A stretch of 64,000 nucleotides of DNA. Origin: an uncultured candidate division Zixibacteria bacterium. Lineage in GTDB: Bacteria; Zixibacteria; MSB-5A5; UBA10806. A program made the translations under genes and the position numbers. The DNA lies in NCBI GenBank assembly GCA_963817915.1, contig CAWFQL010000011.1, forward strand, positions 96,001 to 160,000. The letters run 5' to 3'. The notes below the pieces were generated by a model. The model saw only the letters and a list, made by a program, of their open reading frames with translations. It made no database searches and had not been told where the DNA came from. Within the stretch, counting starts at the first letter, position 1. Each line of letters starts with the position of its first letter. Positions 48,098 through 56,999 of this stretch are shown one piece after another.

Positions 48098-49432
48098 GAA
48101 TAATGGTAGTCGATGACGAAGCTCATCAGCGGGAGCTTTTAGCGGAGTTTCTCGAAAAAAATGGTCATCAGGTAATGAGGGCATCCGATGGCCAGGAGGC
48201 GATCGAATTTCTGAAGATCGATGGGGCCGAGGCGGCATTAGTAGATCTGCAGATGCCTCGCATGGACGGCCTGACCTTCATAAAGAAAGCCCTCGAGCTC
48301 TATCCCGATATGGGGATTGTTGTCATGACCGCCTACGGAACGGTAGAATCCGCAGTTCAGGCAATGAAATCAGGCGCCGCCGATTTCCTACTCAAGCCGA
48401 TCGAGCTCGATCATGTCATGATAATCCTGAAAAAAATCGAATCTAATCTCAGGCTTATCGCGGAAAATCGCTATCTAAAAAGAAAATTGGAGCAGGTCGA
48501 GAATTTCGAGGGAATTATCGGAGAATCGAATGGCATCAAAAAAGTGCTTTCCGAGATCGCCCGTATATCCCAATCCGACGCCACGGTGCTTATCAGAGGC
48601 GAATCGGGGACAGGCAAGGAGCTTGTGGCCCGCGCCATTCATTTCGCATCGCCGCGGGCCGCAGGGCCGTTACTGGCGGTAAATTGCACTTCTCTGCCCG
48701 AGACGCTCCTCGAATCAGAGCTGTTCGGTCATGAAAGAGGATCGTTTACGGGAGCGGTCGCGCGGCATCTGGGCCGTTTCGAACTTGCCAATAACGGCAC
48801 TCTTATTCTTGGATGAAATCGGCGATATCTCCCAGCCGATACAGGCAAAACTCTTGCGAGTCCTCGAAACTCATACCTTCCAGCGGCTCGGCGGAGAGAA
48901 GGATATCGCGGTCAATGTTCGAATACTGGCCGCCACCAATCGCGACCTGGAAGCGAAGGTCAAGGATGGCAGCTTCAGGGAAGATCTCTTTTACCGATTA
49001 AATGTTATTCCTATAGTGATTCCGCCACTGCGCTCAAGAAAAGATGACATACTTCGTCTGGTCGAGTATTTTATCGCAAAGTACAATAAGAAGAATAACA
49101 AATCCATTAGGGCGTTGACTCCTAAAGCGCGAGACCTGCTACTAGGTCATTCTTGGCCCGGCAATGTCCGCGAGCTTGAGAATGTCATCGAACGAGCCAT
49201 AGTCCTGTCGCAGAGCGATATTATCGATGTGGATGATATCAATCCATTTACGGCCGAAAATAGAGCTTCAGAGCTTATGACCGACAATCTGAATCTGGAA
49301 TCGGCTGAAAAAGAGATTATAACGCGAGCTCTGCAAAAAACGGATGGCAGCCTGGCTCAAGCCGCAGAATTGCTTGGAATACACAGAAATACATTAAGAT
49401 TAAAAATAAATAAATATCAGATCAAAATTTAA
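48094..49432 (+). CDS. Sigma54-dependent NtrC-family response regulator, split by a +1 frameshift near 48804
   Basis: ATGA overlap with the kinase; [17 protein letters not shown]. The frameshift falls in [26 protein letters not shown] and the HTH are in the +1 frame. Confidence 0.9.
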
Positions 49433-49558
49433 TGCACAATTGGCTTTCGCCGTGAACAATAATTGTGCATCGCGATCAAGCGGATAACTGCCATATATTA
49501 TTTAACTTACTGTTCAATAACGAGTTAACCTTATAGTTTATTGTGGCACGATAATTGA
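49433..49558 (+). promoter_or_regulatory. Sigma54 promoter with NtrC-type upstream activator sites and IHF-like tract
   Basis: TGAAC-N7-GTGCA (49453-49469), half-site TGCAC (49433), AT-rich AATAACGAGTTA, and TGGCACG-ATAA-TTGA (49544-49558). Confidence 0.65.
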
Positions 49559-49591
49559 GTTAATGTCAGGCATGATGAATAGGAGGACAAA

Positions 49592-50488
49592 ATGAATTTC
49601 AGCAAGTTACCAATGGTAAAAAAGGTAGAATTAGCGATTCTTACGGTTTTGGTTTTAGGATTATTATTTATGGCATGTGATAATCGTGGAACGGTTTATG
49701 TCAATTCACAGGATAATATCGCCCCAGCAGTGCCTACTGGAATACGAACTGTCACAATGGATCGGGAAGTCAGAATTTATTGGAATCCAGTTATAATGGA
49801 TCCTCAGTATGATAACCTTGGCGGCTATAGGGTTTGGCGGAGTACGGACAATCTTCAATTTACACATATCGGCACTGTTGGCCATGATGTCACCGAATAT
49901 TCTGATACTGACGTCATCAATGGCACGACCTATTGGTATGGCGTAAGCTCATTCAATAATAATGGTGTCGAGTCCAAAGTCTCATTCGATTATGAGACAG
50001 CATTCGATACGCCGCGCCCTGAAGGTTTCGACGATACTTTGTTTTCATATCTCGTGCCTGGCTATAATTTAAGGTCGGGATTTGATTTTCACGCTGAAAA
50101 CAGGGTGCCCTGGGATTTTACTTCATGCGATTTCTTTCTTGAATACGATACTACCAGCAGCATTCAGACCTATTTCCTCTGGCTCGGGAATAATGGAGCC
50201 TATATTCAAGACATGGGATATACGGATAGTTTCGATGATATCACATTCGCTCCCAACCAAGGCTGGTCAACATTCAGCTATATTGAAGCTATCCTGGGTC
50301 ACACTTATGTAATCTGGACAGCAGATAACCATTATGCCAAGGTGAGAGTAAAAGAATTCTATGTCGATCCCGCTCGCAGTATTGTGTTTGACTGGGGATT
50401 TCAAATTGCCGCAGGCAATCGCGAGCTCAAGATTGCGCCTCCCAATGGCGTTACAGTGGGCGCGACAAACAATAACGCGGTTCAGTGA
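49592..50488 (+). CDS. Lipoprotein with FN3-like domain
   Basis: AGGAGG RBS, lipobox FMA-C, AP..P.G...V...W...GYRVWRS...Y.D..V.NG.TY.Y.V.S. Confidence 0.8.
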   Translation: MNFSKLPMVKKVELAILTVLVLGLLFMACDNRGTVYVNSQDNIAPAVPTGIRTVTMDREVRIYWNPVIMDPQYDNLGGYRVWRSTDNLQFTHIGTVGHDVTEYSDTDVINGTTYWYGVSSFNNNGVESKVSFDYETAFDTPRPEGFDDTLFSYLVPGYNLRSGFDFHAENRVPWDFTSCDFFLEYDTTSSIQTYFLWLGNNGAYIQDMGYTDSFDDITFAPNQGWSTFSYIEAILGHTYVIWTADNHYAKVRVKEFYVDPARSIVFDWGFQIAAGNRELKIAPPNGVTVGATNNNAVQ

Positions 50489-50545
50489 TAGGGATTTGAT
50501 ATTATGAAGATCGCAGGGATATTTGAGAAATTAAGGAGGTTTGAT

Positions 50546-51982
50546 ATGAGAAAGATTATGTTCGCAATCGTGACGCTGATGCTGTTCGGAACAGCGTCGG
50601 CGCTTGAACCGGAAGGGATGTATTATCAGTCCGGTTCGGGACCCAACATCGATGTTTGGACTAATAAAGGCAACAATTCAACCTACTATTTCGGCGAAGA
50701 TGTTGCGGTGTATTTCCGCGCCGATAGAGATTGCTACGCGGTCGTGTACGATATCGATCCGTCGGGGCAGGTCAATGTTTTATATCCTTCCGGGCCTTAC
50801 GGAAGCTGCTTTGTCGAGGGAGATAAGGTTTATCGTGTACCGGATTATAATGATGACTTCAAAATGGAAGTCTCTGATAATTCCGGCAACGAGCATATCT
50901 TCGCGGTCGCAAGCTATGATCATATATCTCCACCCGATTTTATCAGATACATCAACTATGATTACGGCAATTCCGGCGACTACGATGATAATTACTTTGT
51001 TCTCCAGGTGCGCGGTGATATGGACGATTTCGTCAGACGGATCGATGGCCGTATAGTTAGAAATGATTATTCTGTCGCCCATGTCAGCTTTAATGTCGAT
51101 AGCGGTTATCGTCCGATGAGGCATTATCGTTACTGGGATTACGATCCTTACGATGTCGGTTCGGTCTGGGTCGGATGCAATTTCCCAGGCTCCGAAATCT
51201 GGATTGACGGCGTCTACTATGGTATCTCACCTCTCCTGATTCCCCAGATAGTAGTCGGTTATCATTGGATCTGGATGTACTACGGAGGCTACCCTTGCTA
51301 CCAGAGAAACTTCTACGTGGGATATTCTCAGCGATTCTATATCGATGCCGACATAGATTATCATTTCAGGGATTACAGATATAGGCATGACACATTCCAC
51401 GGATGGCAATTTGGAGAGAAGAAATACCGCAATGATGATGGTTTTATTGAAAGATCCAAGCAGTTAAGAGATAATAGAGTTCGCACCAGGGCTCTTCCTG
51501 CGAAGATTGTTCGAGATTATGAAGCAAGGGGAGTAATTCACAAGGACTCGCAGATCATCAAACGTCTCGGCAATGATTCTTACGATCGCGATTCGAATAA
51601 CAGGGTAATCAAACGCGGCGAAATGGTGAAGACTCCACGGGAGAATGCTCCCGAAGTCAGGTCCAAGGCTGACGAATCAAACCGCACCAATGATAAAGGC
51701 GAAGTCAAAAGAATATGGGAAGGCAATCGCAATTATAATCCATCCGATAGAGAACAGCCATCCCAGAAGCCATCGATAGACGCCAAACGAAATCAGCAAT
51801 CGGATGAAGGACGTAAGATAGAGAATAAAACTCCCGAACGTTCCACTGAAAAGGCCGCGCCATCCAGAAGCTACCAGCCTTCGAATGAGAAAAAGTCCTC
51901 ACCAAAGGAATCCGGGCGCGAATCAAAATCATCGCGAAATTCAGACCGTTCATCTGAAAAGGAAAAAGGAAAGAAGCGATGA
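50546..51982 (+). CDS. Secreted DUF4384-like / PEGA-like protein with charged low-complexity tail
   Basis: AAGGAGG RBS then ATG 50546; IDVWT.K...Y..G..V.VYF...RDCY..VY.ID..G.V..LYP; PG.EIWIDG.YYG.SP; R/S/E/K-rich C-terminus. Confidence 0.78.
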   Translation: MRKIMFAIVTLMLFGTASALEPEGMYYQSGSGPNIDVWTNKGNNSTYYFGEDVAVYFRADRDCYAVVYDIDPSGQVNVLYPSGPYGSCFVEGDKVYRVPDYNDDFKMEVSDNSGNEHIFAVASYDHISPPDFIRYINYDYGNSGDYDDNYFVLQVRGDMDDFVRRIDGRIVRNDYSVAHVSFNVDSGYRPMRHYRYWDYDPYDVGSVWVGCNFPGSEIWIDGVYYGISPLLIPQIVVGYHWIWMYYGGYPCYQRNFYVGYSQRFYIDADIDYHFRDYRYRHDTFHGWQFGEKKYRNDDGFIERSKQLRDNRVRTRALPAKIVRDYEARGVIHKDSQIIKRLGNDSYDRDSNNRVIKRGEMVKTPRENAPEVRSKADESNRTNDKGEVKRIWEGNRNYNPSDREQPSQKPSIDAKRNQQSDEGRKIENKTPERSTEKAAPSRSYQPSNEKKSSPKESGRESKSSRNSDRSSEKEKGKKR

Positions 51983-52350
51983 TTTACCGACTGCTCCTGA
52001 TAATCATATTGGCGCAGATAATCTTTGCGGGCGAGGTTCTGGCGGTGAAAAGAGTGCCCAAGGACGCGACTCAGGCTCAAAAGGATACTACAACGAAGGT
52101 CAATCCTCCTCCGAATCAGCCCGGCACAAACAGGCAACCCGGTTCGCAGGCCCCACAGCAAAAGATTCCGATTGGAAGACCGGGAAATCGGCCCAACCAG
52201 CCGGATAGAGGCAAGGCAATCGATAAGGATAAATTCATCGATGAAGACGGCGATGGGATCAATGATAAAATCAAAAAGCCGCCTGAAATCATAAAGAAGA
52301 AGAGAGACATTAATCAGGATTCATCAAAGCAAAAGAAGAATTCACGCTAA
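51979..52350 (+). CDS. Small secreted Pro/Gln/Lys-rich protein with a DxDGDG Ca-binding-like motif
   Basis: ATGA overlap, signal peptide, FIDEDGDGIND. Confidence 0.7.
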   Translation: MIYRLLLIIILAQIIFAGEVLAVKRVPKDATQAQKDTTTKVNPPPNQPGTNRQPGSQAPQQKIPIGRPGNRPNQPDRGKAIDKDKFIDEDGDGINDKIKKPPEIIKKKRDINQDSSKQKKNSR

Positions 52351-52373
52351 AGCAGATTAAGCAATAATTTATT

Positions 52374-52404
52374 GAGCCCCGCCGACCGCAAGCGGGGCTC
52401 TTTT
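52374..52404 (+). terminator. Rho-independent terminator
   Basis: GAGCCCCGC...GCGGGGCTC followed by TTTT. Confidence 0.85.
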
Positions 52405-52572
52405 GTTATTCAATGGCTCCAGTCAATTGCAGCCCAAAACCCCCTTAGTTTTGGGGCATGTTCCCTAATCTCTTCGAGATTTTGGCTACTTGGACCCCGC
52501 GCCCGCCCGATTAATAATGAAATCGCAGCGGTTTGATTTATCAAATCCGCCCGCAAAAGAACGATTATTCCC

Positions 52573-52597
52573 GTAGGGGCACAACATGCTGTGCCCT
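52573..52597 (+). repeat. REP-like GTAG-led palindrome
   Basis: GTAG-GGGCACA-ACATGC-TGTGCCC. Confidence 0.55.
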
Positions 52598-52714
52598 CCC
52601 TTCCCTGCCCCGCAAGGAATCCTTTCCTTACAGCTTCTCGCAAATAAACGATACCATTTCCCAAAAAATCTGTTATACTACGGCAAGTAGTTTCGCCCAA
52701 ATAACAATGAGGAA

Positions 52715-54199
52715 TTGTGTGCCCAAATCCTTAATTTCAATAATCGCTTATTTATGAGCCTGTCAGTCGCAACGACTTCTGCCGGCTGGGACAATCTCAT
52801 GATTGTTCCGGGGTCATCGGGCGCGAACGGAGGGCGTGCAATAGCCGTAGGGGATACAGTGCACATCGTTTCTGATTGGGGTGAGTTATTTTACTATACG
52901 AGATCATTCGATAATGGATTGTTCTGGTCTCAGCCGGTGATAATTCCAGATTCGTCTTATGCTTTCTATAATCCTGATATCATTTATAGCAAAGGCCGCA
53001 TTCATATAGCCTGCATTGATTATTCGGCCGATAGACAACAGGTTTATCATATATCCAGTAGTGATGGAGGTAGAAGCTGGGGCTCGCCTCATCAAGTGTT
53101 CAACAATAGAGATCCGATGGTAAGACCTCCTCGAATTGCCGCCAATGGCGATACTCTATTTATATGCTACCGGACCTCATCGGAATTTCTTTCATTCTAT
53201 AGCCGCGATGCCGGTTTAACCTGGCACCGAGGCGCGAATATAGAAGGAGGGCCGATCGTTATTGATCAAGATCCAGCCGTTCTCTTTACGAACGGCCGTA
53301 TACATGTAATTTTTTCTTTGGCGGTAGTAGGTGATTCGTTTACATTTGAAATTTACGATCGTTATAGCGACAATATGGGAATACGGTGGCACCCAAGAAT
53401 CCCTCTTTCCACGTTGGAGCCACTTCCTAATTGCAGGGCCAGCCAGATCCCTTCCGCTTATGCAGATTCCGCTGGCAATATTATCGCATTATGGATGGAC
53501 TATAAATATGGGGGCATGTGCGCAGTTAGCGGTGAAATATTAGGAAGATTCAGCAGTGATAATGGGTATTCCTGGTCAGAGGAATTAAGACTGACTGATA
53601 CTCAAAGTGGATGCGGTTCCTCCTGCGTTATAAAGGATGGAATTATTTATGCTATTTGGGAAGACTTCTGGCCTCTGGGATGCGAATATCCTAAAATACT
53701 CTTTTCGTCGTCGCAAGACTGGGGACAAACTTGGTCCGAATACGAAGCTATTACGGATTTTTCGGACGCTATGGAGGAAGGTCCTAATATATTTTTTGGT
53801 TCAGCGGAAAGTAATTCGCTTTTGCATTGTCTTTTCAGAGTTACTTCTCCAAATGGCGGTCTATTGCTTTATCATGCAGTAAAAGATATTTCTACATCTA
53901 TCGGCGACGAGGCAAATCAGTCGCAGATAAAGGAAATTTCTATTAGCGCCTATCCAAATCCGTTTAACTCAAATACAATGATTACATTCAACAATCCTGA
54001 AGGAGGTGATTTGGAAATAGGCATATATGATCTTATGGGCCGGCAAGTGCGGACATTCAATTTGATTAGGGCAAAGGAGGGAGAAATAAAATGGGACGCC
54101 CGGGATGCTATGGGAAATAGAGTCTCTACAGGCATTTATTTCGCCAGAGCAAGAGAGAAGTCATCGCAAATCACAACTAAGCTTATCTATTTAAAATAA
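52715..54199 (+). CDS. Secreted BNR/Asp-box (sialidase-like) beta-propeller with FlgD-Ig/T9SS-type C-terminal domain
   Basis: Six S.D.G..W boxes (SFDNGLFW, SSDGGRSW, SRDAGLTW, SDNMGIRW, SSDNGYSW, SQDWGQTW) and AYPNPFN...KLIYLK. True start may be GTG 52719 with a 1-nt deletion near 52748. Confidence 0.82.
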   Translation: MCAQILNFNNRLFMSLSVATTSAGWDNLMIVPGSSGANGGRAIAVGDTVHIVSDWGELFYYTRSFDNGLFWSQPVIIPDSSYAFYNPDIIYSKGRIHIACIDYSADRQQVYHISSSDGGRSWGSPHQVFNNRDPMVRPPRIAANGDTLFICYRTSSEFLSFYSRDAGLTWHRGANIEGGPIVIDQDPAVLFTNGRIHVIFSLAVVGDSFTFEIYDRYSDNMGIRWHPRIPLSTLEPLPNCRASQIPSAYADSAGNIIALWMDYKYGGMCAVSGEILGRFSSDNGYSWSEELRLTDTQSGCGSSCVIKDGIIYAIWEDFWPLGCEYPKILFSSSQDWGQTWSEYEAITDFSDAMEEGPNIFFGSAESNSLLHCLFRVTSPNGGLLLYHAVKDISTSIGDEANQSQIKEISISAYPNPFNSNTMITFNNPEGGDLEIGIYDLMGRQVRTFNLIRAKEGEIKWDARDAMGNRVSTGIYFARAREKSSQITTKLIYLK

Positions 54200-54325
54200 T
54201 CATACCCTAAAATCCCTATATCATTGTATATGGACGTTGTTCCGACCCCATAAGTCGAGAGAAGCCGATATTTCGGCTATCATTAGTGGTTGACAAAATC
54301 GGGCAGAAGAATGATAATTGAAACA

Positions 54326-55231
54326 ATGGGTTCAGCAGAAAAATCTAAAGTCATTTCCGTAAAATCAAACCTGGTTATCGATGGTAACGGCAAAATAGAT
54401 ACTGATATTTTGCATCAAATGCTCGAAATGGGACTGGAAAAATTATCCGATCGAAATGATACGGCCGCATTTCTCAATTCTCGGTTTGGCAGCGCCGATT
54501 CAATTGGATTCAAGGTGAATGTCTTAGGCGGGCATGGAGTCTCAACCCACCCGGAAATCGCGAAGGCATTATCCGGAATATTGAACGATTCCGGAGTAAA
54601 AGCCAATAGGCATATAATCTGGGATAGATCGGCCAGTGAGCTCGCCGATAATGGCTATACAATCAAGACATCAGGCTCCGGGTTATTATGTTTCGCCACC
54701 GATAGCAAGGGAATTGGTTATTCGGATGAATTGGTATCCAAAGGCAAGGTTGGGGGGCTGCTCAGCAAGTTGCTGACTGAGTATTGCGATACCATCATCA
54801 ATCTTCCGGTATTAAAAGATCATGGAATTGCTGGAATCACCTGCGCAATGAAAAATTATTACGGTGCCATTCATAACCCCAATAAATACCATAGCACTGC
54901 CTGCGATCCCTATATCGCCGATTTAAATAGCCTGGATCAGATTCGATCTAAAGAAAAGCTGATTATAGTCGATGCTCTGAAAGTCCAGTTTCATGGAGGT
55001 CCGTCGTATCATCAACGCTGGTCTGCAAAATATGGCGCTCTGCTTTTGGGAACCGATCCCGTCGCCATCGATACAATCGGATATGATATAATAGAGGGAT
55101 TGAGGAAAGACGCGGGGATCGAAATGATAAAGGGATCGAAAAGAGAGCCAAAATATATCACTACTGCCGCCGGTTATGGTTTGGGAATATGCGATCGATC
55201 TCAAATAGATCTGATTGAAATTAAGGCCTGA
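54326..55231 (+). CDS. DUF362-family protein
   Basis: FKVN, T.PE, IIN.PVLKDH..AG.T..MKNYYG, DPVA.D. Start placed at ATG 54326 after TTGACA-N17-GATAAT (ORF track start 54290). Confidence 0.85.
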   Translation: MGSAEKSKVISVKSNLVIDGNGKIDTDILHQMLEMGLEKLSDRNDTAAFLNSRFGSADSIGFKVNVLGGHGVSTHPEIAKALSGILNDSGVKANRHIIWDRSASELADNGYTIKTSGSGLLCFATDSKGIGYSDELVSKGKVGGLLSKLLTEYCDTIINLPVLKDHGIAGITCAMKNYYGAIHNPNKYHSTACDPYIADLNSLDQIRSKEKLIIVDALKVQFHGGPSYHQRWSAKYGALLLGTDPVAIDTIGYDIIEGLRKDAGIEMIKGSKREPKYITTAAGYGLGICDRSQIDLIEIKA

Positions 55232-55261
55232 AAATAAAATGAATTCGAAACGGAGAAATTA

Positions 55262-56944
55262 ATGAAATTTGCGAAATATATTGTCCCAATTACCTTATTG
55301 GTGTTCCTCGCCTGTGGCGGCGCTGCCAAAAAAGAAGCTGCGAAAACCGCGCCGCAGCTGCCTGATCAATTTTCTTCGTACCTCGCCTATGACTATTTCG
55401 TCAAAGGTAACTTAGCCGAACAATCAGGGGATCTCGAATCCGCCGCCGAGCAATATCGCAAAGCATTATTTTATGATAATAAATCAATCGAGATAAAAAG
55501 GGTTCTGTCGGATATCTATATAAAGCAAAAAAAATACAGCGACGCCATGCTAATCCGCGCGGAGATCGAGGACAAGACCGCTGATGATTATACATTTATC
55601 GGCGATTGTCTGAGATATACATCGGATATACCCGGAGCCATCAGCTATTATAATCAGGCGGTTAAGGCTGATTCGTCGCAGTATATGGCGCATTATTATC
55701 TGGCAAGAATCTATTACCTTACAAAACAATATGCCAGCGCCGAAGCAGAATATAAATCATTAGTCAGATATGCGCCGGATCGGGCCGAAGCGTTAATCGA
55801 TTACGGCGATTTCAGCATGGAGCTTAATAAGACCGACCAGGCTTTCGATGCCTATTCGGAAGCTGCCAAAATTAATTCCGATGACTACAGAGCCTCGAGT
55901 GGAATGGTAGCCGTGCTTGTGATAAGAGGAGATACGTTAACAGCGGACAGCATCTTAGTCTCAACCGCCGAAAAAAATTGGGATAATCCCAAGATTTTGG
56001 ATTCGATCCTGACATCATTTATAAAGACCGGCAATTTCAAGGAAGCTCAAAAGACCGCAGGGCGTATAGCCGAGCTCAATCCCAGCGATTTCGACGCTTT
56101 GAAAAGCTATTATATCATCGCGACACGAAATAATGATTCTGCCATTGCCGATTCGCTTTTAAATGAGATCAATAAACAGGGAGGTCCCGACGCGGTTACC
56201 TATTATTACCTGGCGTTGATAAAAAGAGACAATAAGGATTTACCGGCGGCGGAAGATTATCTCCGAAAGTCTCTGGCATTAACAGATTCTATTCCCGAAG
56301 TTTGGACAAGGCTCGCAAACACTCTCGATGGCGAAGGTAAGTATTCCGATGCCCTCGAAACTATGCGCCGGGCTCTAAGCGCGGTGCCTTACGATTCAAT
56401 CAATATCATGTTTTTGACCTCTACTATTCATGCCAATAATAAACATTATGATCTCGCCCGCGATGGCTATCTGCGGATATTAAAAACGGTTCCGGATGGC
56501 GCGGAAATCAGATTTAATCTAGCGTCAGCCTATGAACGATTGGGCGAGTTCGACAAGGCCGAAGAGGGATTCAAATGGATTTTGGAAAAGTATCCGGATA
56601 ACGCTCTGGCCCTGAATTATCTTGGATACATGTATGCTGATAAGGGGATCAAGCTTGATACCGCTCAAATAATGATTGAGAAAGCGTTAAAAGTTGATCC
56701 AAAAAACGGCGCCTATCTTGATAGCTACGCCTGGGTACTCTATAAATTGGGACGATACGATGAGGCGTTGATTCAGATGCAAAAAGCGATGGAAAGCAAT
56801 CCCAAGGACGCCGTTATCTTCGAACATGAGGGAGATATCTACAGCGCCATGAATAATATCGAAAAAGCAAAAGAAAGCTGGGGTAAGGCCCTGCAGCTTG
56901 ATCCAGAAAATGAAGCTCTGAAAAAGAAACTCGATAGCAAGTGA
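55262..56944 (+). CDS. TPR-repeat lipoprotein
   Basis: Lipobox FLA-C, many TPRs, ALALNYLGY.YAD...AYLDSYAWVLYKLG. Confidence 0.9.
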   Translation: MKFAKYIVPITLLVFLACGGAAKKEAAKTAPQLPDQFSSYLAYDYFVKGNLAEQSGDLESAAEQYRKALFYDNKSIEIKRVLSDIYIKQKKYSDAMLIRAEIEDKTADDYTFIGDCLRYTSDIPGAISYYNQAVKADSSQYMAHYYLARIYYLTKQYASAEAEYKSLVRYAPDRAEALIDYGDFSMELNKTDQAFDAYSEAAKINSDDYRASSGMVAVLVIRGDTLTADSILVSTAEKNWDNPKILDSILTSFIKTGNFKEAQKTAGRIAELNPSDFDALKSYYIIATRNNDSAIADSLLNEINKQGGPDAVTYYYLALIKRDNKDLPAAEDYLRKSLALTDSIPEVWTRLANTLDGEGKYSDALETMRRALSAVPYDSINIMFLTSTIHANNKHYDLARDGYLRILKTVPDGAEIRFNLASAYERLGEFDKAEEGFKWILEKYPDNALALNYLGYMYADKGIKLDTAQIMIEKALKVDPKNGAYLDSYAWVLYKLGRYDEALIQMQKAMESNPKDAVIFEHEGDIYSAMNNIEKAKESWGKALQLDPENEALKKKLDSK

Positions 56945-56999
56945 TTCATACGCTGATTATTCTTGCAATTCCAATAGGCTCGATATAAAAATAGTCCGC

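Noticed and set aside
25381..48816. TGA read-through (selenocysteine or alternative code) at premature stops 25383, 33912 and 48816
   Set aside because: Homology continues in a different frame upstream of each stop, so these are frameshifts. TGA also ends many intact genes.
52410..52757. Short ORFs 52410..52700 (-) and 52533..52757 (+)
   Set aside because: They run through hairpins and the REP-like palindrome and lack protein-like features. Only the last 10-13 codons of the plus ORF may be the displaced signal peptide of the BNR gene.
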